64,000 nucleotides of DNA from Dehalococcoidia bacterium (GTDB lineage Bacteria > Chloroflexota > Dehalococcoidia > Lucifugimonadales > UBA2985). This document shows positions 28,898-37,709 of the stretch, piece by piece. Where the stretch lies: contig DAOUJW010000005.1 in assembly GCA_034422115.1 (NCBI GenBank), positions 64,292 to 128,291 of the forward strand, written 5' to 3'. A program made the translations under genes and the position numbers. Every line of letters starts with the position of its first letter. Within the stretch, counting starts at the first letter, position 1. The notes beneath the pieces are model-generated. The model saw nothing but the letters and a program-made list of their open reading frames with translations, did not search any database and had not been told where the DNA came from.

Positions 28898-28965
28898 GTC
28901 ACTCCCGACTTCTAGGGAGTCCACACCACGCCCCTCCTGGATTCCTGCTTTCGCAGGAATGACGG
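28898..28965 (+). repeat. Family B two-hairpin repeat
   Basis: gtcaCTCCCgacttctaGGGAGtccacaccacgcccctcctggATTCCTGCtttcGCAGGAATgacgg. Confidence 0.85.
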
Positions 28966-29035
28966 TGACGGTGTCCTTGGGTGAGACGGGCGTGGTTGCA
29001 ACTTGTTCAGAAGGTCATTAGCTCTGCTAGGTATC

Positions 29036-29947
29036 ATGGACAACCGAACCGTATCCATACGAGTGCCCGCCACCACGGCCAACCTTGGCCCAGGCTTCGA
29101 CTGCCTGGGCATGGCCCTGGACTGGTGGAACGAGGTCTGCATGAGCGTGTCCACATCTCCGGCTGTGCGCGTCGAGGGAGAGGGCGCAGGCTCCCTGAGC
29201 GCGGCTGAGGACAACCTGGTGTACCGCGCCGCGTGCGCCGCCTTCAACGCGGCTGGCGAGGAGCCTCCTGCGCTCTCGATATGGTGCCGCAACCGCATCC
29301 CCCTGGCCCGGGGCCTTGGGAGCAGCGCCGCCGCTATCGTGGGCGGGCTGGTGGCCGCCAACGCCCTCTGCCGTCGTCCCATTGACCAGGAGTGCCTGCT
29401 CAACCTGGCCGTGGACATGGAGGGGCACGGCGACAACGTCTCCCCTGCCCTGCTGGGGGGCTGCCGGGTGGTGGTGCGCGACGAAGGCCGAGTCATCGCT
29501 GAGTCAGTGCCGCTGCCGCCGGGCCTTATGGCTGTTGTCCTGGTGCCGGATGTACCGATGGCCACCAGCGAAGCGCGCGCCGTCCTGCCGGAGATGGTCA
29601 GCCGAGAAGAAGCGGTGTACAATCTGGGGAGGGTTGCGCTGCTCGTGAACAGCCTGTCGACGGGACGGCTGGACAATATGAAGGTGGCAACCCAGGACAG
29701 GCTTCACCAGCCGGCTCGCCAGGCCATATTCCCGGCCATGAAGTACGTGCTGCGGGCCGCCCTGGACGCGGGCGCAGTCGGCGCGTTCCTGTCGGGGGGA
29801 GGCTCCAGCGTCCTGGCGCTGGCAACCTCCAGGCCCATGACCATTGGTTATGAGATGATAAACGCTGCGGACAAAGTGGGCGTATCGGGGAGCCTCAAGG
29901 TGACGAGGCCGTCCCCCGTTGGCGCGCACGTGGTATCGACGGAGTGA
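29036..29947 (+). CDS. thrB: Homoserine kinase
   Basis: IRVPATTANLGPGFDCLGMAL and GLGSSAAAIVGG motifs. ATG at 29036 is preferred to the TTG at 29003. Confidence 0.92.
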   Translation: MDNRTVSIRVPATTANLGPGFDCLGMALDWWNEVCMSVSTSPAVRVEGEGAGSLSAAEDNLVYRAACAAFNAAGEEPPALSIWCRNRIPLARGLGSSAAAIVGGLVAANALCRRPIDQECLLNLAVDMEGHGDNVSPALLGGCRVVVRDEGRVIAESVPLPPGLMAVVLVPDVPMATSEARAVLPEMVSREEAVYNLGRVALLVNSLSTGRLDNMKVATQDRLHQPARQAIFPAMKYVLRAALDAGAVGAFLSGGGSSVLALATSRPMTIGYEMINAADKVGVSGSLKVTRPSPVGAHVVSTE

Positions 29948-29957
29948 TGGAGCGGAT

Positions 29958-30686
29958 ATGAGCGAACTGATTGTACAGAAGTACGGCGGAAGCTCCGTGG
30001 CCAACGCCGAGCGAATCAAGAACGTGGCCGGTCGCATAGCCCGCGCCAAGGACCGGGGCGATCAGGTGGTGGTGGTCGTATCGGCGATGGGCGACACGAC
30101 CGACGACCTCATCAGCCTGGCCTACTCGGTCAACGAGAGGCCCGACGGCCGGGAGCTTGCGCTGCTGCTGTCCACCGGGGAGATAGTGTCCTGCACCCTG
30201 GTCACAATGGCCCTGCGGTCGATGGGCTACGACGCCATCGGCCTGAGCGGAGGGCAGGCGGGCATCCAGACCACCGGCACGGACTACACTCGTGCTAGAA
30301 TAGTGGCAATAGACACGCAGCGCATTCGCAGGGAACTGGAGGAGGGCAAGATCGTGGTCGTCGCCGGGTTCCAGGGCATCACGGAGGACATGGAGATAAC
30401 CACCCTGGGACGAGGGGCGTCGGACACCACCGCCATAGCCCTGGCCGCCCAGCTGGAGGCCGGGATGTGCGAGATATACACGGACGTGGAGGGCATTTAC
30501 ACAGCCGACCCCAGGGTTGTGCCCAACGCCAGGAAGCTGGACGAGATAGGCTACGAGGAGATGCTGGAGCTGGCCGGGCACGGGGCCAAGATGAACCCCC
30601 GCTCCATAGAGCTTGGGGCGATTTACAACGTGCCCATAATGGTGGCCTCCAGCTTTGTGGACGCGCCCGGAACTTTGATACACTGA
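29958..30686 (+). CDS. Aspartate kinase, catalytic (amino-acid kinase) portion only
   Basis: MSELIVQKYGGSSVANAERIKNVA...VVVVSAMGDTTDDL. The ORF ends at GTLIH-TGA, just where full-length enzymes continue into the ACT domains. Confidence 0.85.
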   Translation: MSELIVQKYGGSSVANAERIKNVAGRIARAKDRGDQVVVVVSAMGDTTDDLISLAYSVNERPDGRELALLLSTGEIVSCTLVTMALRSMGYDAIGLSGGQAGIQTTGTDYTRARIVAIDTQRIRRELEEGKIVVVAGFQGITEDMEITTLGRGASDTTAIALAAQLEAGMCEIYTDVEGIYTADPRVVPNARKLDEIGYEEMLELAGHGAKMNPRSIELGAIYNVPIMVASSFVDAPGTLIH

Positions 30687-30693
30687 GAGAGAT

Positions 30694-31179
30694 ATGGAAG
30701 TAAGAAACAGAGTAAGAGGAGTAGCCCACGACAAGAACGTCGCCAAGATAACGGTGCTTGGCGTCCCGGACAGGCCGGGTATCGCCGCCACGCTCTTCGA
30801 CCCCCTGGCGCAGCAGGGTATCAGCGTGGACACCATCGTCCAGAACTCCAGCGTGGAGCGCATCACGGACCTCACCTTCACGGTGACCCGCGCGGACCTG
30901 CCGGCCGCCATGGACATAGTCAGGCCCGTCGCAGAAGGCATAGGCGCTAGGGACTGCGTCAGCGACGACCGCCTGGCCAAGGTGAGCATTGTCGGTACCG
31001 GGATGCAGAACCATCCCGGCTACGCCGCCCAGATGTTCCGCGCCCTGTACGAAGCCAACGTGAACATCGAGATGATCACCACTTCGGAGATACGCATCAC
31101 CTGCATTGTGGCCGAGGACATGGTGGAGGACGCCGTGCGAGCCCTGCACGACTCCTTCAGGCTTGACGAGGCCGACTAG
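30694..31179 (+). CDS. Aspartate kinase regulatory (two ACT domains) portion, encoded in the +1 frame
   Basis: MEVRNRVRGVAHDKNVAKITVLGVPDRPGIAATLF...VSIVGTGMQNHPGYAAQMF. The ATG lies 8 nt after the catalytic ORF stop. Confidence 0.85.
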   Translation: MEVRNRVRGVAHDKNVAKITVLGVPDRPGIAATLFDPLAQQGISVDTIVQNSSVERITDLTFTVTRADLPAAMDIVRPVAEGIGARDCVSDDRLAKVSIVGTGMQNHPGYAAQMFRALYEANVNIEMITTSEIRITCIVAEDMVEDAVRALHDSFRLDEAD

Positions 31180-31206
31180 ACGGCATGGGGAAGGCGGGTT
31201 CTCTTC

Positions 31207-32004
31207 TTGGCGCATCCGTTCCTTTCTATTGTAATCCCCGCCTATAACGAGGAGGTGCGGATTACCCAGACCCTGGAGACTGTGGTGGGCTATCTGCGAA
31301 GCCAGAGCTACTCCTGGGAGGTGGTTGTTGCCGACGACGGCAGCGAAGACGCAACCGCGAGTCTCGTTGAGGCCGCCGCCAACGACAACCCGGGCATTCG
31401 GCTGGTCAGCCTCGACCACCGCGGCAAGGGTTGGGCGGTGAAGGGCGGGATGCTGAACGCCCGGGGGCGATACCGCTTCCTCGCAGACGCCGACCTGTCC
31501 ATGCCCATTGAGCACCTGGAGCGATTCCTCCCTCCCCACCTCACAGAGTTCGACATAGCCATAGGCTCGCGGGAGGCGCCGGGGTCCCGCCGCTTCCAAG
31601 AGCCCCTTCGCCGTCACCTCATGGGGCGCGTGTTCAACTGGATGGTGAGGCTCCTGGCCGTCAGGGGCTTTTCCGACACCCAGTGCGGCTTCAAGTGCTT
31701 CGACGCCCAGGCCGCGGATACCCTCTTCGCGCTCCAGCGCGCCCACGGCTTCGGCTTTGACGTTGAGGTGCTGTTCCTGGCCCAGCGGCTGGGTATGCGC
31801 ATTGTGGACATACCCATTGACTGGTACTACCACGAGGGGAGCAAGGTGAAGCCGGTCAGGGACAGCTTCCTCATGCTCAGGGACATCTTCTCCGTGAGGT
31901 GGAGCCACGCCAGGGGCAGGTACGGCGACCTCAGATCTAAGGCCGGGGGCGCTCAGCCCGTGGCCAATGAGGCGGACAAGGCCCCCAACAACCTCTCGGA
32001 CTGA
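31207..32004 (+). CDS. Family 2 glycosyltransferase (polyprenyl-phosphate sugar synthase-like)
   Basis: FLSIVIPAYNEE...VVVADDGSEDAT...DADL motifs; 265 aa; non-ATG start. Confidence 0.8.
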   Translation: MAHPFLSIVIPAYNEEVRITQTLETVVGYLRSQSYSWEVVVADDGSEDATASLVEAAANDNPGIRLVSLDHRGKGWAVKGGMLNARGRYRFLADADLSMPIEHLERFLPPHLTEFDIAIGSREAPGSRRFQEPLRRHLMGRVFNWMVRLLAVRGFSDTQCGFKCFDAQAADTLFALQRAHGFGFDVEVLFLAQRLGMRIVDIPIDWYYHEGSKVKPVRDSFLMLRDIFSVRWSHARGRYGDLRSKAGGAQPVANEADKAPNNLSD

Positions 32005-32258
32005 GGCGGGACGCCGACGGCTGGTGGCGCTTCCCGGAGCACAACGACCTTCCCCCAACTGTTCTCAATCAGGGCCGTCAGGGACTCCCCTTAACCACTT
32101 CCTCTCGGCGCCGGTCTCGGACAACCCCCTCTCGCCCTTTTCCTGCTTGGAATCCCTACCTGACCCGTCTCTGCACTCTTTGTTTACTGCAAATTAACAC
32201 AAAGGTATTGCACACCTGTTGACAAGCGGTATACAATTCATCTCCCTTGGAGTAGACG

Positions 32259-33119
32259 ATGAATCTGAACACCACTGAAGACAAAGCGCGTTTGAGAAGG
32301 GACAAGGCCAAGGAAGCCATCGCCCTGGCGTTGGAGAGCCGATGGGAGGAGGCGCTGGCCCTGAACCGGGAGATCATCGCGGAGTTTCCGCGGGACGTGG
32401 AGGCGTTGAACCGCCTTGGGAAGGCCCTGTCCGAGCTGGGCCAGTACAAGCAGGCGGAGGACGCCTTCCGCCAGACCCTGGAGATTTCGCCGGCCAACAT
32501 GATAGCCAGGAAGAACATCAAGCGGCTGGCCCACCTGGGCGACAGGGACGCCCAGCCCAAGCTCAGCGCCAAGGTGGCCCCTCAGCTCTTCATAGAGGAG
32601 CGGGGCAGGACGGCAACGGTGTCTCTCAGGAACCTCCCTCCCGGCACGGCGCACCTGCCTATGGCCCCCGGCGACGCGGTGGAGCTCAAGGCGGACGGCA
32701 GCCGCATGGCCGTCGAGAACGTGCAGGGAGAGTACCTTGGAGAGATAGAGCCCAAGCTGGGGTTGCGCCTTGCCAAGTTGATTCAGGGCGGCAACAGGTA
32801 CGCCGCCGCCGTCACCGCAGTGGACGAGCACAGCCTTGTGATAATGATAAAGGAGACCTACCAGCACCCCAGCCAGTTCGGCACTGTGTCCTTCCCGGCC
32901 AAGCAGCCGGGAGACGGCGCCTACTCATACCCGGGCGCTCCTCCAGTGCCGATGGAGCTGGACCTGGAGGAGGATGAGGATACCGACCGGCCTCCCATCA
33001 TCGACTGGGACGATGAGGGTGAGGCGAACATAGCCGCGCTGCCCTCCGACGAGGACGAGGCGGTCTCCTACGTCAGCGTAAAGGACGATATCGAAGATGA
33101 GGAAGAGGAGAGGTACTAG
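32259..33119 (+). CDS. TPR-repeat protein with a highly acidic C-terminal tail
   Basis: N-terminal TPR-like helices (EALNRLGKALSELGQYKQAEDAFRQTLEISP). C-terminus is DLEEDEDTD...DDIEDEEEERY. Confidence 0.6.
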   Translation: MNLNTTEDKARLRRDKAKEAIALALESRWEEALALNREIIAEFPRDVEALNRLGKALSELGQYKQAEDAFRQTLEISPANMIARKNIKRLAHLGDRDAQPKLSAKVAPQLFIEERGRTATVSLRNLPPGTAHLPMAPGDAVELKADGSRMAVENVQGEYLGEIEPKLGLRLAKLIQGGNRYAAAVTAVDEHSLVIMIKETYQHPSQFGTVSFPAKQPGDGAYSYPGAPPVPMELDLEEDEDTDRPPIIDWDDEGEANIAALPSDEDEAVSYVSVKDDIEDEEEERY

Positions 33120-33164
33120 CCCGGCCAAAGGGCATCGCCAGATTTTGTTGCCTGCATCATAGAC

Positions 33165-33671
33165 ATGGAAACTTATCAGACCGGCGAACAGAGGACTCAA
33201 GATATACGGGTGTACTCATCCATGGAGGAGTTGGCGGCAGCCTCCGACCTCGTGGTCGTCGGCACCGTGCAGGGTGTTGTGGCCCGGGAGGTGGACTACG
33301 GAACATCAGGCGCCGGCCAGCAGAGCGGGGCGGGCATTCCCACGGTGTTCTATGGCGTTGCAGTGACAGAGACGCTGCGCGGCGAGACAAGAAGCATAGT
33401 CATTGTGGGCGCGCCGGACGCGGACGACTCTGCCATAGAGGGGGCCACGGCCCTGATGAGCGGCCAGCAGCTTCTGCTGTTCCTCAAGCAGCACACCAGG
33501 GAGGTTGCGCCGGGCATCAAGTCCTACGAGGTCTTCTTCGCGCCCGTGAGTCTGAGCAACGGCGTCTTCGACGTTCTGGAGGACGGGCTGGTGGCGCATC
33601 CGCGAATGCCCGACGCCTTTGAAGAGGCGAGCTACCGCCTCACCGAGGTCAGGGCCAAGGTTCGGCGCTAG
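33165..33671 (+). CDS. Hypothetical protein
   Basis: 168-aa ORF with ordinary codon composition. No family recognised. Confidence 0.45.
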   Translation: METYQTGEQRTQDIRVYSSMEELAAASDLVVVGTVQGVVAREVDYGTSGAGQQSGAGIPTVFYGVAVTETLRGETRSIVIVGAPDADDSAIEGATALMSGQQLLLFLKQHTREVAPGIKSYEVFFAPVSLSNGVFDVLEDGLVAHPRMPDAFEEASYRLTEVRAKVRR

Positions 33672-33748
33672 GATCGCTCCGGCAGCAGGATAACCCATCA
33701 GCATCCTCGACGCTTGGTTTTCCTCGGTGTGTCGATAGTAGCGAACAA

Positions 33749-33841
33749 CCCGCTCGCCCTGAGCCTGTCGAAGGGAGCGAGCGGGAGATTAACAGTTGCT
33801 GTGTTTCCGCTCAAATGGTTCGACAAGCTCACCATGAGCGG
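33749..33841. repeat. Family A repeat pair
   Basis: CCGCTCGccctGAGCCTGTCGAagggagCGAGCGG (33749-33784) and CCGCTCAaatggTTCGACAAGCTCaccaTGAGCGG (33807-33841). Confidence 0.85.
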
Positions 33842-33950
33842 AAACGGGAGATCTCCCCAACAGGAGTTGGAATTACCAAGTCATGCTCTTGATGGTCTCC
33901 CCTCTCCCGTGTGATATGCTATCCCCCAGCCCTTAGCGGAGGCCGCGCTC

Positions 33951-35333
33951 ATGGACCTGTCCCGGCGAGTCTACCCCCTAGACCCTCGCGAAATGACGGA
34001 GGAGCAGATTGCCGTCACCTTCGCCATGACCTCCCGCAACCCTCAGCCCTTCGACGAGATAGCCAAGGCCGTCACAGAGGAGCGGGCGGCCGACTTCCAC
34101 GAGCGATGGGTCCTCAACTACGGCCACGCCTCGGTCGCTGAGCACGCCATAGTACACATGGCGGTGGAGAACGTCTCCCGCCTGGCCTGCGACACCCTGG
34201 AGGACAACCGCCTGGCGTCCTACACGGAGAAGTCGTCCCGATACCAGGTGCTTGACCAGGGCAGCTACCACGTCCCGACGGAGCTTGAGGGCCACCCGCT
34301 CAGGGGCGTCTACGTTGATACCTGCCACGGGCTCTTTCGCTCCTACGAAGCAGCCGTTGATCAGGCGCTACAGCACCTCCGGGAGACCACGCCCCGGAAC
34401 GACGGCGAGCGGGACGCCGCCTACAACCTGCGGCTGCGCAGGGTCGCCACCGACGTGTGCCGCTTCCTGCTGCCCGCGGCCACCCTGACCAACGTGGGGG
34501 TGACAATGAACGCCCGCTCAATGGAGCACGCCATCCGCAAGCTGCTCTCCTCCGACCTGTCCGAGGAGCGGGAGCTTGGCGAGGAGCTGAAGGCGGAGGG
34601 CAGGCGCATCACGCCAACCCTCATCCGCTACGCCGACCGCAACGAGTACCTGGCCCTCACCCGCGAGTCGCAGATGGAGCGGTCGGCGGGCGACGATCCG
34701 CCGCCGGCCTTCGATGACTGCAACGCTGAGCTTGTGCACTACGACCCACAGGCGGAGTCGAAGCTGGTGGCCGCGCTGCTGTACCGCTATTCCGGTGAGT
34801 CTTACCGGGACATCTGGCGGCGCGTGGAGTCGATGTCGCAGCAGGAGCGGGAGTCCGTAATCCACGAGGCGCTGGACCGCCTGGGGCCCCACGACATCCC
34901 GGTGCGGGAGCTTGAGGTGGTAGACTACACCTTTGACCTGGTGATGGACTACGGGGCGTACAGGGAGTTCAAGCGGCACCGGATGCAGACCTACGTCCCC
35001 CAGCCTGCGACCGTTGGCCTGGGCTACATTGTGCCGGAGCTTGTGGTGGAGGCGGGAGCGGAGGGCCTGTTCCGGGAGGCCATGCAGGCCTCGGAGGACG
35101 GCTTCTACCAGCTTCTGGACCCCCTTCCGCGGGTGGCGGAGTACCTGGTGACACACGCCCACCTGCGTCGAGTGCTGTCCAGGATGAACCTCAGGGAGTG
35201 CTACCACCTGTTCAAGCTGCGCACCAGCCCCCAGGCGCACTTCACCATCCGCAGGGTCATGCAGCAGGCGCTGGATCTGGTTGTGGAGAAGCACCCGCTG
35301 CTATTCAACTACCTGAGGCTGCGGGGAGAGTAG
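33951..35333 (+). CDS. thyX: FAD-dependent thymidylate synthase-like protein with two ThyX-type halves
   Basis: 460 aa, roughly twice the usual ThyX length. The N-half has HASVAEH...SRL...YTEKSSRY but no RHR motif. The C-half has EFKRHRMQTY and FKLRTSPQAH. Confidence 0.65.
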   Translation: MDLSRRVYPLDPREMTEEQIAVTFAMTSRNPQPFDEIAKAVTEERAADFHERWVLNYGHASVAEHAIVHMAVENVSRLACDTLEDNRLASYTEKSSRYQVLDQGSYHVPTELEGHPLRGVYVDTCHGLFRSYEAAVDQALQHLRETTPRNDGERDAAYNLRLRRVATDVCRFLLPAATLTNVGVTMNARSMEHAIRKLLSSDLSEERELGEELKAEGRRITPTLIRYADRNEYLALTRESQMERSAGDDPPPAFDDCNAELVHYDPQAESKLVAALLYRYSGESYRDIWRRVESMSQQERESVIHEALDRLGPHDIPVRELEVVDYTFDLVMDYGAYREFKRHRMQTYVPQPATVGLGYIVPELVVEAGAEGLFREAMQASEDGFYQLLDPLPRVAEYLVTHAHLRRVLSRMNLRECYHLFKLRTSPQAHFTIRRVMQQALDLVVEKHPLLFNYLRLRGE

Positions 35334-35352
35334 GCAGCCCGTTGTCCTTGCC

Positions 35353-35384
35353 CCGCTCATGGTGAGCTTGTCAAACCAGAGCGG
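35353..35384. repeat. Family A single unit
   Basis: CCGCTCAtggtGAGCTTGTCAAaccaGAGCGG. Confidence 0.8.
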
Positions 35385-35458
35385 GGAGATAGCGGGTGTA
35401 GTGTGATTGCAATGCAATCATGGTATAATCGCACGACAATGCAGGCGGAGGTGCAGCC

Positions 35459-35704
35459 ATGGCAAGCATCACGGTGCGCAACCTGGATGACGATGTGAAG
35501 CGGCGGCTGCGGATTCGCGCCGCGGAGAACGGCCGGTCCATGGAGCAGGAGGCCCGGGAGATCCTGAAGCAGGCCCTGGAGGAGGAAACCGCGCCCGAGA
35601 TGGACCTTGGAACGGCTATCTATGAGCGGTTCAGGCCGTTCGGCGGCGTGGAGTTGGATATACCCCCAAGGGACCCGATGCGCGAACCTCCAAAGTTCGA
35701 CTGA
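35459..35704 (+). CDS. Ribbon-helix-helix antitoxin (FitA/VapB-like)
   Basis: MASITVRNLDDDVKRRLRIRAAENGRSMEQEAREILKQAL; 81 aa. Confidence 0.8.
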   Translation: MASITVRNLDDDVKRRLRIRAAENGRSMEQEAREILKQALEEETAPEMDLGTAIYERFRPFGGVELDIPPRDPMREPPKFD

Positions 35705-35714
35705 GCTTGCGGCG

Positions 35715-35762
35715 ATGTTCGTTCTCGACGCAGTTGTCATCAGACGGGCGACTAATCTATAA
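35715..35762 (+). pseudogene. Possible 15-codon remnant of a PIN-domain (VapC/FitB-like) toxin
   Basis: The ATG lies 11 nt after the antitoxin stop. MFVLDAVVIRRATNL-stop resembles the M-x-hydrophobic-LD-T/A-x-V start of PIN toxins. It terminates just before tRNA-Gly. Confidence 0.3.
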
Positions 35763-35801
35763 TTGGGTTAGCCGCTAGACACTGGCGGCACACCTGCAAG
35801 A

Positions 35802-35876
35802 GCGGAAGTGGCTCAGTGGTAGAGCATCTCCTTGCCAAGGAGAGGGTCGTGGGTTCGAATCCCATCTTCCGCTCCA
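35802..35876 (+). tRNA. tRNA-Gly (anticodon GCC), CCA encoded
   Basis: GCGGAAGTGGCTCAGTGGTAGAGCATCTCCTTGCCAAGGAGAGGGTCGTGGGTTCGAATCCCATCTTCCGCTCCA. Confidence 0.92.
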
Positions 35877-35887
35877 TTCTTTTTTGA

Positions 35888-35975
35888 GCCGAAGTGGCGG
35901 AATGGTAGACGCGGCGGTCTCAAAAACCGTTGGGGCGCAATCCCCGTGCCGGTTCGAATCCGGCCTTCGGCACCA
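35888..35975 (+). tRNA. tRNA-Leu (anticodon CAA), CCA encoded
   Basis: GCCGAAGTGGCGGAATGGTAGACGCGGCGGTCTCAAAAACCGTTGGGGCGCAATCCCCGTGCCGGTTCGAATCCGGCCTTCGGCACCA. It has a long variable arm. Confidence 0.92.
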
Positions 35976-36044
35976 CGAACAGACTGTCCAGCACACCTAT
36001 GCAGATCCAAAACCCTTGAAAGCGGTACTACTTATTGGTACCAT

Positions 36045-36305
36045 ATGAATATTAGTTCAAGGCATCGCCGGACCCTGGAACGCATCTTCACAAGACCGAC
36101 ACCATCCGACATCAGGTGGCCGGAGATAGAGGCGTTGATGAGAGCAGCTGGGGTAGTAGTCGTAGAGAGGTCCGGGTCTCGGGTGGGTTTTCGAAAAGAA
36201 ACGGAACGGATTGTAATCCACAAGCCACATCCAAGCTCACAGGTTAGCAAAGCCACGGTAGAAAAAATCGCTCAGTTCCTTGAGGAGATAGGAGTGACGC
36301 CATGA
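36045..36305 (+). CDS. hicA: HicA-family mRNA interferase toxin
   Basis: MNISSRHRRTLERIFTRPTPSDIRWPEIEALM...GSRVGF...IHKPHP. The upstream part of ORF 35832..36305 overlaps the tRNAs and is not coding. Confidence 0.8.
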   Translation: MNISSRHRRTLERIFTRPTPSDIRWPEIEALMRAAGVVVVERSGSRVGFRKETERIVIHKPHPSSQVSKATVEKIAQFLEEIGVTP

Positions 36306-36640
36306 TGGAGTACAAAGGGTACATTGCCAAGGTTGAGTACGACGACTCCGTTGGCCTTCTGCACGGGAGCGTGATCAACAGCGGGAGCTATCCCATTGCA
36401 ACCTGTGAGGCGGCTGACGTGGAAACGCTCAGGAAGGAATTCCGAATTTCCATTGACGAATACCTGGCCTGGTGTGCGGAGGATGGCGTTGAGCCCAAGC
36501 GGCCGTTCTCCGGCAAGCTGAACCTGCGCCTTGGACCGGACCTCCACGCGCGCGTGGCCGCGCTGGCGGCCCGGAGCGGCACGAGCATCAACAGCTGGAT
36601 TAAGGAAGCGCTGGAGCGGGAGGCGGATCTGCGGAGTTGA
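36302..36640 (+). CDS. hicB: HicB-family antitoxin
   Basis: MMEYKGYIAKVEYDDSVGLLHGSV...FSGKLNLRLGPDLHARVAALAARSGTSINSWIKEAL (C-terminal RHH). ATGA overlap with hicA. Confidence 0.85.
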   Translation: MMEYKGYIAKVEYDDSVGLLHGSVINSGSYPIATCEAADVETLRKEFRISIDEYLAWCAEDGVEPKRPFSGKLNLRLGPDLHARVAALAARSGTSINSWIKEALEREADLRS

Positions 36641-36710
36641 ACACGCATTGCCTGTGCCGCAGAAGAACGGCTATCCTATACCTAAAGAGCCATAAGTGGT
36701 AGAGAGGAAT

Positions 36711-37064
36711 ATGACAGCAATGCAGAACACCGTCCTGGCAAGATTCAGGCTTGCATTCCCGGAGAGTGCGCGATGGTATGGACCGAAACAGGGATTTGGG
36801 CACGGTGACAATGGGAATCTGTATATGAGGCTTGAGTACGCGAAGAGAGGATCAATCTATTTCCCCATTGGCGTGAACCACGCGCATATTGTGCCTAGTT
36901 GGGTCAAAAACTTCCGCCCGCGCGCGGAAGGTCTCCAGCAATGCTTAGAGGAGAATGGTGTTCCTTTAGGATGTGGAAATGCAAATAGAGACCGGTCTAG
37001 CCTTCAATATATCATTGAATCTCAGCACGCCGATGCCATCATCGCAGTCCTGCTAAACGGCTAA
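36711..37064 (+). CDS. Hypothetical protein (low-GC islet)
   Basis: GAGAGG RBS before the ATG at 36711. No family recognised. Confidence 0.4.
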   Translation: MTAMQNTVLARFRLAFPESARWYGPKQGFGHGDNGNLYMRLEYAKRGSIYFPIGVNHAHIVPSWVKNFRPRAEGLQQCLEENGVPLGCGNANRDRSSLQYIIESQHADAIIAVLLNG

Positions 37065-37130
37065 ATGGCTGAATATCTGATGGAGATCTCTACTGATGTG
37101 GTTGGAGGTAAAAAATAAGAGGGGGTAAAG

Positions 37131-37334
37131 ATGCCGAAAACGAGAGGAGTAAAAGCAATTGGCGGAGAGCCTGTCGTTATTAGCTCCCTTGGTAGTCAAT
37201 CCCTTATGCTCAGGATAGGTAAGATAGGGAGAGGAAAACCGCGATATGCTTATCTCACAGCTTCCCAAGCTCTGAGGATTGCCAGCAATATCGTGAGGAC
37301 TGTAGACGAGTTGCTAAAAGAAGAAGAGGAGTGA
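37131..37334 (+). CDS. Hypothetical small basic protein
   Basis: 67 aa with GGGGG/AAAG upstream. Its end abuts the next ORF. Confidence 0.35.
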   Translation: MPKTRGVKAIGGEPVVISSLGSQSLMLRIGKIGRGKPRYAYLTASQALRIASNIVRTVDELLKEEEE

Positions 37335-37335
37335 C

Positions 37336-37545
37336 ATGGAAACATTAGGGGCGTTGGTGTTTCTTGTTATCCTATTAGGAGTACCTATGGGCATATTGCA
37401 CTTGAGGACAAACAGGCGGCTGAGAACTATAGTAGAGTGTGGAAGTTGTAGCAACAGGATGACACTTAAAGCCTGGAAAGCGTACGGAGTTTGTCCCGTT
37501 TGTGGTAGCGACCTTTATGTTGAAACTGGTGAATTGGCTAACTAG
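37336..37545 (+). CDS. Hypothetical small membrane protein with a CxxC...CxxC zinc ribbon
   Basis: METLGALVFLVILLGVPMGIL (TM), then CGSCSNRM...CPVCGSDL. Confidence 0.4.
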   Translation: METLGALVFLVILLGVPMGILHLRTNRRLRTIVECGSCSNRMTLKAWKAYGVCPVCGSDLYVETGELAN

Positions 37546-37709
37546 AGAGATATGGCTTATTGCCTTTGCCGACCAAACCGACAGCTTTCCACAACCCCGA
37601 CAACCTCTCCCGCCTGAAGCCACCCCTCTCCAGCTACGTCCATCCGTTACGGGCTGCCCTCTACACGTCTTTCGTGGCTAATCCCCCTCCTTAGCCTCGC
37701 CCACACCCC

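Noticed and set aside
30379-32058. 559-aa minus-strand ORF across the aspartokinase ACT gene and the GT2 gene
   Set aside because: It is antisense to two recognisable genes and has no motifs.
35700-37700. Integrated prophage or integrative element at the tRNA-Gly/tRNA-Leu locus
   Set aside because: No integrase, no phage structural genes and no detectable att-like repeat of the tRNA 3' end are present. Only TA genes and tiny ORFs are found, so it is reported as a decayed islet rather than a mobile element.
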